Origin: an uncultured Verrucomicrobiae bacterium
Lineage (GTDB): Bacteria; Verrucomicrobiota; Verrucomicrobiia; Chthoniobacterales; JAFAMB01
Direction of reading: 5' to 3'
Assembly: GCA_963748055.1 (NCBI GenBank)
Contig: CAVVII010000003.1
Location: 68,278 to 132,277, forward strand
Length of the DNA: 64,000 nt
Position 1 is the stretch's first letter; every line of letters starts with the position of its first letter. This document shows positions 20,403 through 30,167 of this stretch, piece by piece. A program made the translations under genes and the position numbers. Below the pieces are notes generated by a model. The model did no database searches and was not told the DNA's origin. It was given only the letters and a program-made list of their open reading frames with translations.

Positions 20403-22231
20403 TTAACTTCCTTTAGTCTCAGAAAAATGCTCCTCGTAAGAGGATCCCCCGCCTGATTTTTTCGGGCTACGCTTCAGCCCAGGCGGGCGGTTGGGAGAAT
20501 AGCGGAAACAGCCCGAGCTGACTCAGCACCGTATTGAGCTTGGGCGGGACTTGAGTCAGGAGGCGCTTGGAGTCTTGGTCTGCGATTTTCAAGGTACCGA
20601 CTCGAATGGCCTGCAACCGGCGCAGCAGTCGTTGGACCTCGCCTGTTTCGCCTTTGGCTCGCCATTCATTGGCGAGCTTGGCGCATAGCCAGTAAGCGAT
20701 GAAACAGAGCCGCACATGATTGCGGACCCGGTCCGGACGCCAGTGAAAGACCGGGCGGACCTCCATATAACTCTTGAGTTGGCAGAAGGCATCTTCGACC
20801 GCCAGCAAGTTCTTGTAATTGCCCAGCACCTGCTCTTTGGCGCATTGAGCCGCTGCCAGATCGCTGTGCAGCAGATAAAGGCCGTCCAGATGCTGCTCGC
20901 TCCGGATCAGTTCATCGTTTTTCTGATACTGTAGCTGGCCTTGCTCATCGACCTGGTATTGAAAATATTTATGGGCCTTTAGCTGTTGGAGCTTGCGACC
21001 AACTTGACTGGCGAGTTTTTGCGGATTGGTTTTTTTCCGCCGGACGGCCGCCAAGCGCTGGAGTTCCCTCTCGGCTTTTTCTAAGCGAGCCGTGCGCCGG
21101 GCGAAATCGCGTCTTTGCCGATACTCTCCGCCGGCAATGACATAGCGTTTGCCCTCCACGCTGAGCTCCAAGAGCTTGGTGCGATCCCACAACTGAGGCT
21201 GGGCATCCTGAGGCAGTTGCGTAATGAGCTCACGCAAATTCGTCGAGGAAAGCCTTGTCACAAAATGCAGCTCTTCTTTGCGCATGGCTTCCAGATTGAG
21301 GGTACTGCTCATGCCGTTATCAAAGACGAAGATCGCCTGCTCAATACCAAAGCGCCGCTGCAGACTGGCCAGTAGTCCCTGCAAGGTCGTCGTATCGGCC
21401 CGATTTCCGCGCAGCACCTCCAGATGGATGGGCACGCCCTCTTGATCGGTGGCCACCGCCAACAAGATCTGGGGACGATCCTCTCGGTGATCGCGGCTGT
21501 AGCCGTAGGCTCCTAAACCCTGGGGTCCCTTGCCTTCAAAATAAACACTGGTCAGATCATAGAGCACCAGGCTCACCCCTTGCGGGAAGCCTCGGCGTAG
21601 AGCTTCTGCTCGATCGGGACCCAGCGGCCATTGAGAGCGTCCATGGCCTCGTAGAGATCGTCTTCGTCAAAAGTCTCGCTCCGTTGGCAAAGCCCGCAGG
21701 CAGCGGCCAAAAGAGTGCCGCTGGCTTGTTCAGCCAGCGCCAGTTTAGCGCACGGAAACAGGATGCGACCAAAGATCATGGCCTGCAGAAGCTGGCGCTG
21801 GCGAGCTTGGGGCACCTCGGCAAAAAGCTTCTCCAATCCGAAACGTTGCCAAGCATCTCGCAACACGGCCAAGCCGCCGTAGTCCAGCGTCTGGGATAAC
21901 TCGATCTGCTCAAGCACCACGCAGGTCTGACCGCTCAGAGCAGCAGCGACCAGATCCCGGACCTCCGGGGGTAAGGCCGAGATGTTGCAGACCGTGCGGG
22001 AGCGGGGACCCTCGGAAGTGCGAAAGGACTCGCGCACCAGGTAAGAGACATAGGTTTTGTTCTGCCGACGGGACTTGGTGGCTTGGACAAACATGATTGC
22101 TACGCATATAGAGCATATAATCCATTACATACAAGTATAATATGCAGATAAAATTAAATATTACTTGCTACAAAACGGTCCCAAAAACCGCCGAATACGA
22201 GGGAAAACTAAAAAAGAGGGGAGGAAGTCAG
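20403..22231 (-). mobile_element. IS1634-like (IS4 superfamily) insertion sequence, 1829 bp
   Basis: Flanked by a 6-bp direct repeat GTTAGC (20397-20402 and 22232-22237). Removing the element and one repeat restores ...CLLTVKGNQ... of the ISAs1 transposase. The terminal IRs are imperfect (TTAACTTCCT... / CTGACTTCCT...). Confidence 0.8.
20467..22094 (-). pseudogene. IS1634-family DDE transposase read as two overlapping ORFs (173 + 369 aa)
   Basis: MFVQATKSRRQNKTYVSYLVRESF...LYAEASRKG(stop) overlaps (GTGA, 21573-21576) with VSLVLYDLTSVYFEGKG...HLEVLRGNRADTTT...FVFDNGM.... Family members are single ORFs as far as I know, so this is probably a 1-nt frameshift. Confidence 0.7.
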
Positions 22232-23556
22232 GTTAGCAGACAATCGGCCCCGTGTTCCAAGACCAGCGCACGCGCGGTTTCGTCCTGGGTGGGTAAGGCG
22301 TCCAGCGAGACCAACCGGCCTTCGATCGAGGCGCTCAAACAACTCTCGCGCCACGGGAATCTCGTTCGTCTTTTGGTCGACTAGTGCGCTGCCCAAGTAA
22401 TGCTGGCTGGGAACGCTAACCGCGCTCAAAACCGAGGCGCCGCTGCCGTGCTTGGGTTCTTTGCCATCCAGTACGATCAATTGATCTTTAGGCACTGGGC
22501 CGCGCACTTGGTCCTGGATGGCCAGAATGACTTCCTCCACCTTACGGGCGTCGACGCGTTGAAGCAGACGACAAAAGGTCGGCTGTGTCGGAGCGGGATA
22601 CTTGCCTTGGCGGTTACGCCGGATGCCAAGGGCCCGGCGTTGCGCTTGGCTCAAGCCACGCGCAAACTTGGCGATGTCCTTTTGCCCGCGCGGAGCCCCG
22701 CAGAGGGTGGCTAAAAAAAGGATCGTTAACATCGACCACAGCGGATAGGACTCGAAGCGCCCGCGAAAGTCTGGCACGGCTTTGAAGTTGAAGTGTTCGA
22801 CCATCGAGCGGATTTCTTTCACCGTGTGTGTGCAGGGTGGCGAGACGTTTTGTTCGACCACCGCCAACGCTGGCTTGAGATGTTCGGCCTGGAGACTGCG
22901 GCGGGCGTTTTTGAATAGTTGGCGGCAGAAGAGGCGTTTGGGCTGATCGTGTTTAACGTAGTAATCGCGGCGATGGCGGCCCCAGCCGTCGGTCTGGCCA
23001 AGTTCGCTCCAACCACTGGCCGAATAAACCGTACCGCAGAACTGGGCCACATCGACGAAGGTTTCGACCACTAACACCGGATGGCCGTAACAGGTCTACC
23101 AATCGGTGGGAAGGCGATCCAGGGTCAGGCGCAGCACCTTGCTCGCGAGGTTGGGTACGGAGCGCTCGGGCAGGATAAGGAACGGCTGTTGTTAGTCACC
23201 AGGCTGACGCGACGGTGGCGCTGAGTCGCGCTCCACCCGATCCATCGGTCGCGATGCTTGAGGTGCTTGGCTGGAGCGCTGAAGACGAGCAAAGCCAGCC
23301 ATTGGTCCTGAGCATCGGTGGCCACGTAGTAGAGGCGTTCGCCCACCGCTTTGAGGCTTCCCAGATAGTGATGCTCATCGAGCAATTGTTTGAAGCACTC
23401 CAGTTCGGCGCGCTCCACAAGCCGCACTTGGACTTGATCTATAATAATAGCGCTTGTTCGTCGCAGTTGGGCAGTCGCAGAGTTTTCCTCATGCCCACGA
23501 GGATAAAAAATCGCGACGCAAATGTCCCGCAAAAAAATTCTTCTCCCTCTCACCAA
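22232..23556 (-). pseudogene. DUF4338 (DruA-like) domain running in one reading frame into the N-terminal half of an ISAs1-family transposase; decayed
   Basis: ...LLDEHHYLGSLKAVGERLYYVATD...WIGWSATQRHRRVSLVTNNSR | FLILPERSVPNLASKVLRLTLDRLPTDW(TAG)TCYGHPVLVVETFVDVAQFCGTVYSASGW...KRLFCRQL has no stop before ...VEHFNFKAVPDFRG...LIVLDGKEPKHG...DQKTNEIPVARELFERLD | LEGRLVSLDALPTQDETARALVLEHGADCLLT. There are frameshifts near 23181 and 22325 and an in-frame TAG at 23096-23098. Confidence 0.7.
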
Positions 23557-23738
23557 ACGACATACCCACCGCTAGGCATTGGTCCTGTGCACACGGTGGG
23601 GTAGCCTTCCGGCAGCTTTCCGTTTGAGGATCATCCGATGCGAAGCGGCGTAACCATACCAGTGGGAACGTTTGCCGGCGCAATTGTATGATCCGCATTG
23701 TCGGGCTCCGTCCAATCGGGGGCCACTCGTCCTCTGGC

Positions 23739-24023
23739 TTACTTCATTTTGTATGCTACTACCTTGCCAACAATAATTTCCGCGGGGGCCAACAGATGTA
23801 TTATATTCTTCTTCCGCCAGTCCGCAGCCAGTCTGCTCGATTCTTCTGCTTCGGCCGTAGTCTCAAACACGCTGACAGAAGCCCAAACATCTGGTCCGGC
23901 TTCGATCCCGTAGTAAGCTATAAACCCGGGGAGGCTGCTGATAAGGGGAACAAATCCCTGATTGACCCGCCAAGTGACCTCCGCGGCTGAATCGGTTTTG
24001 TATCGTCGAATGGCGATGTGCAT
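23739..24023 (-). CDS. Small ABM-like (dimeric alpha-beta barrel) protein, 94 aa
   Basis: MHIAIRRYKTDSAAEVTWRVNQGFVPLISSLPGFIAYYGIEAGPDVWASVSVFETTAEAEESSRLAADW... has the pattern (PGF..Y, S.SVFE..E.AE.S) that I associate with antibiotic-biosynthesis-monooxygenase-like proteins. Confidence 0.4.
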   Translation of the reverse strand: MHIAIRRYKTDSAAEVTWRVNQGFVPLISSLPGFIAYYGIEAGPDVWASVSVFETTAEAEESSRLAADWRKKNIIHLLAPAEIIVGKVVAYKMK

Positions 24024-24100
24024 GGGCTATTCTTCCTCTTTCGCGTTTAGAATCTTCGTGAAAACCGAACACTCCTCATTCGACCGCCTCCACGAAGTGG

Positions 24101-25897
24101 ATGTCTGAAGCTCCGACGAATTTATGCTGGCAAGGAAGGGATAGCAAGAGTAACTGGCTGGATCAGCGATCGCGATTTGGCGACCTCTTGGAGTCTCTCA
24201 CTGACTCGCAGTATTGCGCATTCGCGCGAATTTTCATGGAAGACCTACTACCCGGGAGGATTTTTTGGAAAAATCAACTTTCAGCATTCATAAAACGAGT
24301 GTATAGCACCACAGTGGATTCCGTTACGGAAAGATCCTTCCCCCCGGAAACATCACTAACATCGGCAGATCCAACACAGCTTTTGCTAATTGCAGAAGGC
24401 GTGGCGAAGTCATTTTCTGGCGTTCCGGCACTTCGCGATGGCCGTTTAAGCCTGCGCCCCGGCTCGGTGCATGCATTGTGCGGCGGAAACGGAGCGGGGA
24501 AGTCCACTTTCTTGAACATTCTGATGGGCATTCTCCAAAGAGATCGTGGCGCGATTCGCGTTGGCGGAAAAGAAGTCTTTTTTTCAACGCCGAAGCAGGC
24601 GCTCGACGCGGGCATTTCGATAATCACTCAAGAGCTGAGTCCCGTACCTGGGATGACTGTGGCCGAGAACCTGTTTCTTGGCCGGGAGCCGAAACGTCTG
24701 GGGTGCTTCGTCGACTACCGGACGCTCAACGAACAGGCGGCTAATCTCCTGGAACATCTGCACATCCCCCTCAACCCCCGCCGTTTGATGCGCGATCTGA
24801 GTCTCGCGGAAACTCAGCTCATTGAAATCGCCAAGGCGCTGAGCATAGACGCGCGCATCATCATTATGGATGAACCAACCTCCGCCCTCGGCGAGCGCGA
24901 GGCTGATCAGTTGTTCTCAACTATCCGGCATCTAACGAGCCTCGGGAAGGGCATCATTTTCGTCTCCCATCGGCTGACGGAAATCTTCGAAATTACGGAC
25001 GATTACACCGTTCTGCGCGATGGAAGCTACATCGAATCCGGGAAGACGGGAGACATTGACCTCCAGCATTTGATTCGTCAGATCATCGGGCGCGATCTGA
25101 AATCTCAGTTTCGCTCAGGCGCCGGTTTAGCCGAACCCAAGCAGTCGGCCGCGCGGGAGCCGACGGACCTGCAGAAGGGAAAGCCCCTAGTCGAAGTCGA
25201 GGGCTTGACGCGTCCCGGCAAACTCCAAGGTATAAGCTTATCGTTGTATCCGGGCGAAATTGTCGGCCTTTATGGTCTGCTCGGTTCCGGTAGGAGCGAC
25301 TTTGTCCGGGCGCTCTTTGGCCTCGAACACAAGGTCTCTGGTCGGTTGGTGCTCAATGGGCGGGAGCTTATTCCGCACCACCCGAAAGAGGCTATGCTTC
25401 AGGGTGTCATGCTTGTCACCGAGGACCGGAAGGATTCCGGTCTTGTTCTTCCCATGTCGGTGCGAGATAACGTTTCCCTCTCCTCTTTGCGGCGGCTATC
25501 GCTCCTGGGTTTCGTCAAGAAGCGCCAGGAAACATCCTGGGTAGAGGCGATGGTGAAACAGTTCGCGATCCGGTTGACATCCCTAAAGATGCTGGTCCGG
25601 AACATGAGTGGCGGCAATCAGCAAAAAGTCGTGCTGGCTCGCTGCTTAATGACCACGCCGAAAATTCTTCTGCTCGATGAGCCAACTCGCGGCATTGATG
25701 AGGGAGCCAAGCAAGAGGTCTACACTTTTATGACGAAGTTCATCGAGGGTGGCGGTGGTATTATCATGGTTTCTTCGGAAGTCCAAGAGGTGATGGGAAT
25801 GAGCGATCGGATCATTGTTTTTCGCAAGGGCAGTGTAAACGGCCAGCTGGTTAACGATGGAGTTGCCGAAGAGGAGCTGATTCAACTCGCCTCCTAA
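24101..25897 (+). CDS. Sugar ABC ATP-binding protein, tandem NBDs (RbsA/MglA type); start uncertain
   Basis: First NBD: [34 protein letters not shown]. Second NBD: MSGGNQQKVVLARCL, LLLDEPTRGID. The first ~85 codons of the 598-aa ORF do not look like the family, so the real start is probably downstream (alternative start codon). Confidence 0.85.
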   Translation: MSEAPTNLCWQGRDSKSNWLDQRSRFGDLLESLTDSQYCAFARIFMEDLLPGRIFWKNQLSAFIKRVYSTTVDSVTERSFPPETSLTSADPTQLLLIAEGVAKSFSGVPALRDGRLSLRPGSVHALCGGNGAGKSTFLNILMGILQRDRGAIRVGGKEVFFSTPKQALDAGISIITQELSPVPGMTVAENLFLGREPKRLGCFVDYRTLNEQAANLLEHLHIPLNPRRLMRDLSLAETQLIEIAKALSIDARIIIMDEPTSALGEREADQLFSTIRHLTSLGKGIIFVSHRLTEIFEITDDYTVLRDGSYIESGKTGDIDLQHLIRQIIGRDLKSQFRSGAGLAEPKQSAAREPTDLQKGKPLVEVEGLTRPGKLQGISLSLYPGEIVGLYGLLGSGRSDFVRALFGLEHKVSGRLVLNGRELIPHHPKEAMLQGVMLVTEDRKDSGLVLPMSVRDNVSLSSLRRLSLLGFVKKRQETSWVEAMVKQFAIRLTSLKMLVRNMSGGNQQKVVLARCLMTTPKILLLDEPTRGIDEGAKQEVYTFMTKFIEGGGGIIMVSSEVQEVMGMSDRIIVFRKGSVNGQLVNDGVAEEELIQLAS

Positions 25898-25928
25898 CAA
25901 ACGTCCCAAACATATTTCCCAAACATCT

Positions 25929-26905
25929 ATGAACGGCACGGTAGGGGCAGAACGAGAGCGCGGGCAAACGTTTAGTTCATTCCTTCAGCGGTACGGTATC
26001 ATCATTGCTTTTTTTATTCTCTGCGTGATCGTGTCGTCACTCAGCCATTATTTCCTAACGCCTAGTAATATTCTCAATGTGGTGCGCCAGACGTCGATTA
26101 ACGGCATTCTGGCACTGGGCATGACCATGGTCGTGCTGACGGCGCGGCATCGATCTTTCAGTCGGGTCCGTTCTCGCTCTCTCCGGGATAGTGACGGCAA
26201 GTCTGGTGACTGGAATTCATGCGCAAAACCTCTGGATTGCCGTCGCTGCCGGACTTGGTGTAGGGGCGGCTTGCGGTCTTGTGAACGGGCTGCTAGTGGC
26301 GAAGTTAGCCATACCCCCGTTCGTTGCCACTCTTGGCATGCTGAGCATTGGTCGAGGTCTCACGCTCATCTACAGTGGCGGCATGCCGGTCGCGGACTTG
26401 AGCAGGACATTCTTATGGATTGGCCAAGGTGACGTCTTCGGAATTCCGGTGCCGATCTTCTTCTTTCTTGGAGTATTCATTCTTCTGTGGATAGTGCTTA
26501 ATCAAGACTACGTTTGGCCGCCACGTCTACGCCGTGGGCGGGAACGAGAAGAGCGCTAAGACCGCCGGGATTGGCACCAAGAAGATCATTGTCTTGGTTT
26601 ACGTTATTTCTGGGATGTTAGCGGCGCTCGGAGGTTTGATCCTCACCGCCCGAACGACTTCGGGCCTGCCGCAGGCTGGTCAATCGTATGAATTAGATGC
26701 CATTGCGGCAGTGGTGATCGGGGGCACCAGCCTGGCTGGTGGTGTGGGGACAATCCAGGGGACACTTTTCGGCGCCCTGATCATCGGGGTGATTAACAAC
26801 GGTTTGAATTTGTTAGGAGTTTCGTCGTTTTACCAACAAGTGGTGAAAGGATGTATAATCATCGGTGCAGTGCTGTTAGATACCGCGCGTAAGTCGCGCG
26901 AATAA
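25929..26905 (+). pseudogene. RbsC-type ABC permease, two frameshifts
   Basis: Three ORFs in three frames (25929, 26191, 26534) join into one permease: ...INGILALGMTMVVLTA | ...TASLVTGIHAQNLW...IPPFVATLGMLSIGRGLTLIYSGG... | ...GGNEKSAKTAGIGTKK...ELDAIAAVVIGGTSLAGGVGTIQG.... Confidence 0.8.
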
Positions 26906-26983
26906 GACGGCCAATGCAAGCGGCGAAACAGGGCTCGAAATAGGGCGAGAGGGCTGGGATAAAAATGAATTAGCTCCCCAAAC

Positions 26984-27985
26984 ATGAAAGTAAAAATAGT
27001 AACGCTAGCCATCGCAGCGTTCTGCGGAATGGCTCTCCCGCTCAAAGCAGCGGACCAAAAGCCAGTGAAGATCGGCGCTGCCGTCTACGGGCTAAAAGCC
27101 GAATACATGCAGCTCTGGACAAACTACTTAAAGGACCATCCGGCGGTTAAAAACGGCTCGGCTGAGGTTACTGTTTTCGATGGAAATTATGATCCGAACG
27201 TCCAGAATGATCAATTCGATACGATGATCACGGGGAAGTATGACGCTATCATCTTCGTTCCAATTGACATTGTGGCCGGAGCCGCGGGAGTACAAAAGGC
27301 CCATGACGCAAAGATCCCGGTGATCGGCTCAAACACGCGCGTCAACAGCGACCTGTTAACCGCATACATTGGTTCAGATGATGTGATCGCCGGCCAACTG
27401 GAAGCGGAAGCGGTGATCAATAAGATGGGCGGGAAAGGAAATGTTGTCATCATCGAAGGGCCGATCGGCCAATCGGCCGAGATTGAGCGCCTAAAGGGCA
27501 ACCAAATCGTCCTGGAAAAGAATCCAGGCATCAAGTTGCTTGAGAAGAAAACCGCGAACTGGTCCCGCGCCGAAGCTCTTTCGCTCATGGAAGACTGGCT
27601 CACTGCCCATCCGGGTCAAATCCAAGGCGTCATTGGGCAAAATGACGAGGAGGCGTTGGGAGCGGTCCAGGCGATTAAAGCAGCGAAATTGAATGTCAAA
27701 GACTTCGGAATTGCCGGAATCGATGGCGTCACTGACGCGCTGCTTGCGGTCAAAGCTGGCGAGATGACGAGCGTGCTGCAAGACGCCAAGGCCCAAGCTC
27801 AAGGAGCACTTGATCTCGCAATGCGCGCGGTAGTCGGAGAATCCTACCAGCCGCAGTCCGATATCTGGAAACAGTACGCTAAAGGTATGCCGTGGAACGG
27901 CGGAACGGATAAAGTGTACAATGTGCCTTGGACTCCCGTCACCGTGGAGAACGTTGACGATCTTCTAAAGCAGAGACAGAAGTAA
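26984..27985 (+). CDS. Periplasmic sugar-binding protein (RbsB type), 333 aa
   Basis: Signal peptide MKVKIVTLAIAAFCGMALPLKA, followed by type-I SBP blocks (...YDAIIFVPIDIVAG...IPVIGSNTRV...GNVVIIEGPIGQSAEIER...GVIGQNDEEALGA...). Confidence 0.85.
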   Translation: MKVKIVTLAIAAFCGMALPLKAADQKPVKIGAAVYGLKAEYMQLWTNYLKDHPAVKNGSAEVTVFDGNYDPNVQNDQFDTMITGKYDAIIFVPIDIVAGAAGVQKAHDAKIPVIGSNTRVNSDLLTAYIGSDDVIAGQLEAEAVINKMGGKGNVVIIEGPIGQSAEIERLKGNQIVLEKNPGIKLLEKKTANWSRAEALSLMEDWLTAHPGQIQGVIGQNDEEALGAVQAIKAAKLNVKDFGIAGIDGVTDALLAVKAGEMTSVLQDAKAQAQGALDLAMRAVVGESYQPQSDIWKQYAKGMPWNGGTDKVYNVPWTPVTVENVDDLLKQRQK

Positions 27986-28035
27986 GAATCTTTTAATCCA
28001 TTCGAATAGATCGCTTGTTTTATTTAGACCGGAAT

Positions 28036-28059
28036 GCAGGCCGCAAAAGGGCGGTCTGC
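28036..28059 (+). terminator. Stem-loop after the binding-protein gene (no U-tract)
   Basis: GCAGGCCGC-aaaagg-GCGGTCTGC forms a 9-bp stem with one G-U, 50 nt after the SBP stop. It is not followed by a T-run, so it may stabilise mRNA rather than terminate transcription. Confidence 0.3.
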
Positions 28060-28251
28060 TGAGGCAGGAAGCAAAACTTTATAAGGCAGCCAGGGCGCCA
28101 TGGGCTCGTCTTGGCATAAGCCCCACCGCTTTCGGAACTTTTCAGGTGCGATGGGGTTGAGCTGAGCGCTTAGCACAACCGGCCCAGCGTCTAGAAAACA
28201 AGGCCAGTGAAGTGCGCAGTTTCCGCTGGCCACTAATGTTGTGCAATCCAT

Positions 28252-29022
28252 ATGGAATACCATGGTTACGACAAAAACTTCAGTCTTTCCGGCAAGGTGG
28301 CCCTAGTCACCGGCGCCGCGACAGGTATTGGTAATGCTATTGCCATGCTCTTCTACGAAAAGGGAGCAAATTTGATCCTCGTCGATCTAAATCCGGCAAT
28401 CGAGGACATCGGCAAAAAGATAACATCAGACCACGAACGATTTATCGCCATCGCTGCCGATATTACGCAGACGAACCAAAGAGAAGCCGCAATTGCGGCC
28501 GGCCTGACTACATTTGGCGCGATCGACATCTTGGTGAACAATGCCGGAGTGGCGCTCTTGGAGCCGGCATTGGAACTTTCGGAGAGCGATTGGTACAAGA
28601 CCCTGAACGTGAACTTGAGTGCCCCATTTTTCATGGCTCAGAGGGTGGCACCAGAGATGATTAAACGTGGAGGAGGCAAGATCGTGAACATCGCTTCTCA
28701 AGCTGGCGTCGTCGCGATAGAGCGCCACGTTGCTTATTGCGCCAGTAAAGCAGCAATCATCAGCATGACAAAAGTTCTGGCAATCGAATGGGCTAAACAT
28801 AACATCCAAGTCAATGCTATCTCGCCAACGGTCGTTCTGACCGAGCTCGGTAAAAAAGCGTGGGCTGGCGAAGTGGGCGAACAAATGAAAAAGAAGATCC
28901 CCGCTGGCCGGTTTGCTTATCCTGAGGAAATTGCCGCATGCGCATTATTCCTGGCCAGCGAAGCCGCAGCGATGGTGAACGGAGAAAATCTCGTAATCGA
29001 CGGCGGCTATACGATCCAGTAA
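28252..29022 (+). CDS. Short-chain dehydrogenase/reductase (SDR), 256 aa
   Basis: VTGAATGIGNAI (TGxxxGxG), NNAG, and S...YCASKAA (YxxxK). Confidence 0.85.
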   Translation: MEYHGYDKNFSLSGKVALVTGAATGIGNAIAMLFYEKGANLILVDLNPAIEDIGKKITSDHERFIAIAADITQTNQREAAIAAGLTTFGAIDILVNNAGVALLEPALELSESDWYKTLNVNLSAPFFMAQRVAPEMIKRGGGKIVNIASQAGVVAIERHVAYCASKAAIISMTKVLAIEWAKHNIQVNAISPTVVLTELGKKAWAGEVGEQMKKKIPAGRFAYPEEIAACALFLASEAAAMVNGENLVIDGGYTIQ

Positions 29023-29058
29023 ATTAAACGATCTAATTAATTAAGGAGCAGTCCGATC

Positions 29059-29260
29059 GGCAACTACTTCACTTCTCTCGAATGATGGGTATCACCATCA
29101 CCCTCATGAAACTCGACGACGAACTGAAAGAGCTCGTCGACCTCGAGGCGGAAAGCATGGGCTTAACCCAACTCGGGAGGCAATGAACGATGGCTGGATT
29201 TCCTAATTCCCGCGGGCGCCAGGTAGTATTGGCGCTGGTGCAAACGGTCGACTATCAGAA
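29059..29260 (+). pseudogene. Fragment: last ~42 codons of a dhaK paralogue plus first ~22 codons of a dhaL paralogue
   Basis: GNYFTSLE(shift)MMGITITLMKLDDELKELVDLEAESMGLTQL then MAGFPNSRGRQVVLALVQT. This is near-identical in pattern to the dhaK end / dhaL start at 9040-9180. Nothing of either gene lies on either side. Confidence 0.65.
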
Positions 29261-29262
29261 CT

Positions 29263-29337
29263 CCTCTTCAGAGCACCACTAACCGTGGAAACCGACACGC
29301 CCAGACTTTTCGCGAGACCTATTAGGCGTGTTACCAT
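29263..29337 (-). pseudogene. Possible LacI-family HTH fragment
   Basis: MVTRLIGLAKSLGVSVSTVSGALKRS resembles the N-terminal HTH of LacI/GalR repressors (..IA...GVS.STVS..L). Only about 25 codons are present. Confidence 0.3.
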
Positions 29338-29441
29338 CCGGCCTAAAGGTGTACTTTCGAGGCAGGCGAAGATCTCAAGGCCACTGTAAGAAAAGGCAAA
29401 AAAAAGGGACCAGCGAGACATAAGACCGTGGACAGAGCGCA

Positions 29442-30167
29442 ATGTGTGAGCGGCACGATATGTATGGCTTTCAAGTCAACGGGGGCTGGGCCGAATATAT
29501 GAAGATCGTGTCCGATTCGATGCCGTATCTCTTCAAGGTTCCAGAGAAGCTGCCGACTGAGGCAGCAGTGTTGCTGGAGCCCTTTGCCTGCGCTTTTCAT
29601 ACGGTTGAACGAGCCAATATCCAGATCGATGACGTAGTCGTTCTTGCCGGTGCCGGACCTTTGGGATTGGGCATGATTGGCCCTATCAGACAGCGTGGGC
29701 CGCGTGCTCTAGTCGTATTAGATCTGATACCGGAACGCCTCGCGATAGCAAAGAAGTTCGGTGCCGATTACACTGCGAATCCAAGGACGGATGATGTGAA
29801 AGCCTTGATCAGCGAGCTTACTGAAGGTTACGGGTGCGATGTATATATTGAAGCAGCTTCATCCGGAGCGAGTGTTACTCAGGGCTTAAATCTCTTACGA
29901 AAGCGTGGCACTTTTGTCGAGATGAGCGTGTTCGGTGGAGACATAGCGGCGGACTGGAGCATCATCGGCGACTCTAAAGAGCTAACTATCTATGAATCGC
30001 ATCTTGGTCCTTACAGCTATCCAAAGGTCATTCGTGGAATGGAAGACGGATCGATTCCAACCGAGGGTCTAGTTACCGGCAAACTTCCTTTGGAGAAATT
30101 CGAACAGGGACTTCAACTAATGCAGACTGGTAAGAACGATTCAATCAAGGCTATCCTCGTGCCATGA
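29442..30167 (+). pseudogene. 5'-truncated Zn-dependent dehydrogenase (C-terminal two thirds)
   Basis: Begins at ...CERHDMYGFQVNGGWAEYM, equivalent to residue ~130 of 11234-12370 and 18307-19401. The GHE and structural-zinc regions are absent. Confidence 0.75.

Noticed and set aside
21573-21576. The GTGA overlap of the two IS1634 transposase ORFs, considered as programmed frameshifting or translational coupling.
   Set aside because: There is no slippery heptamer at the overlap. Family members are single ORFs to my knowledge, and the window is full of simple frameshifts. A mutation is the more economical reading, although I cannot prove it.
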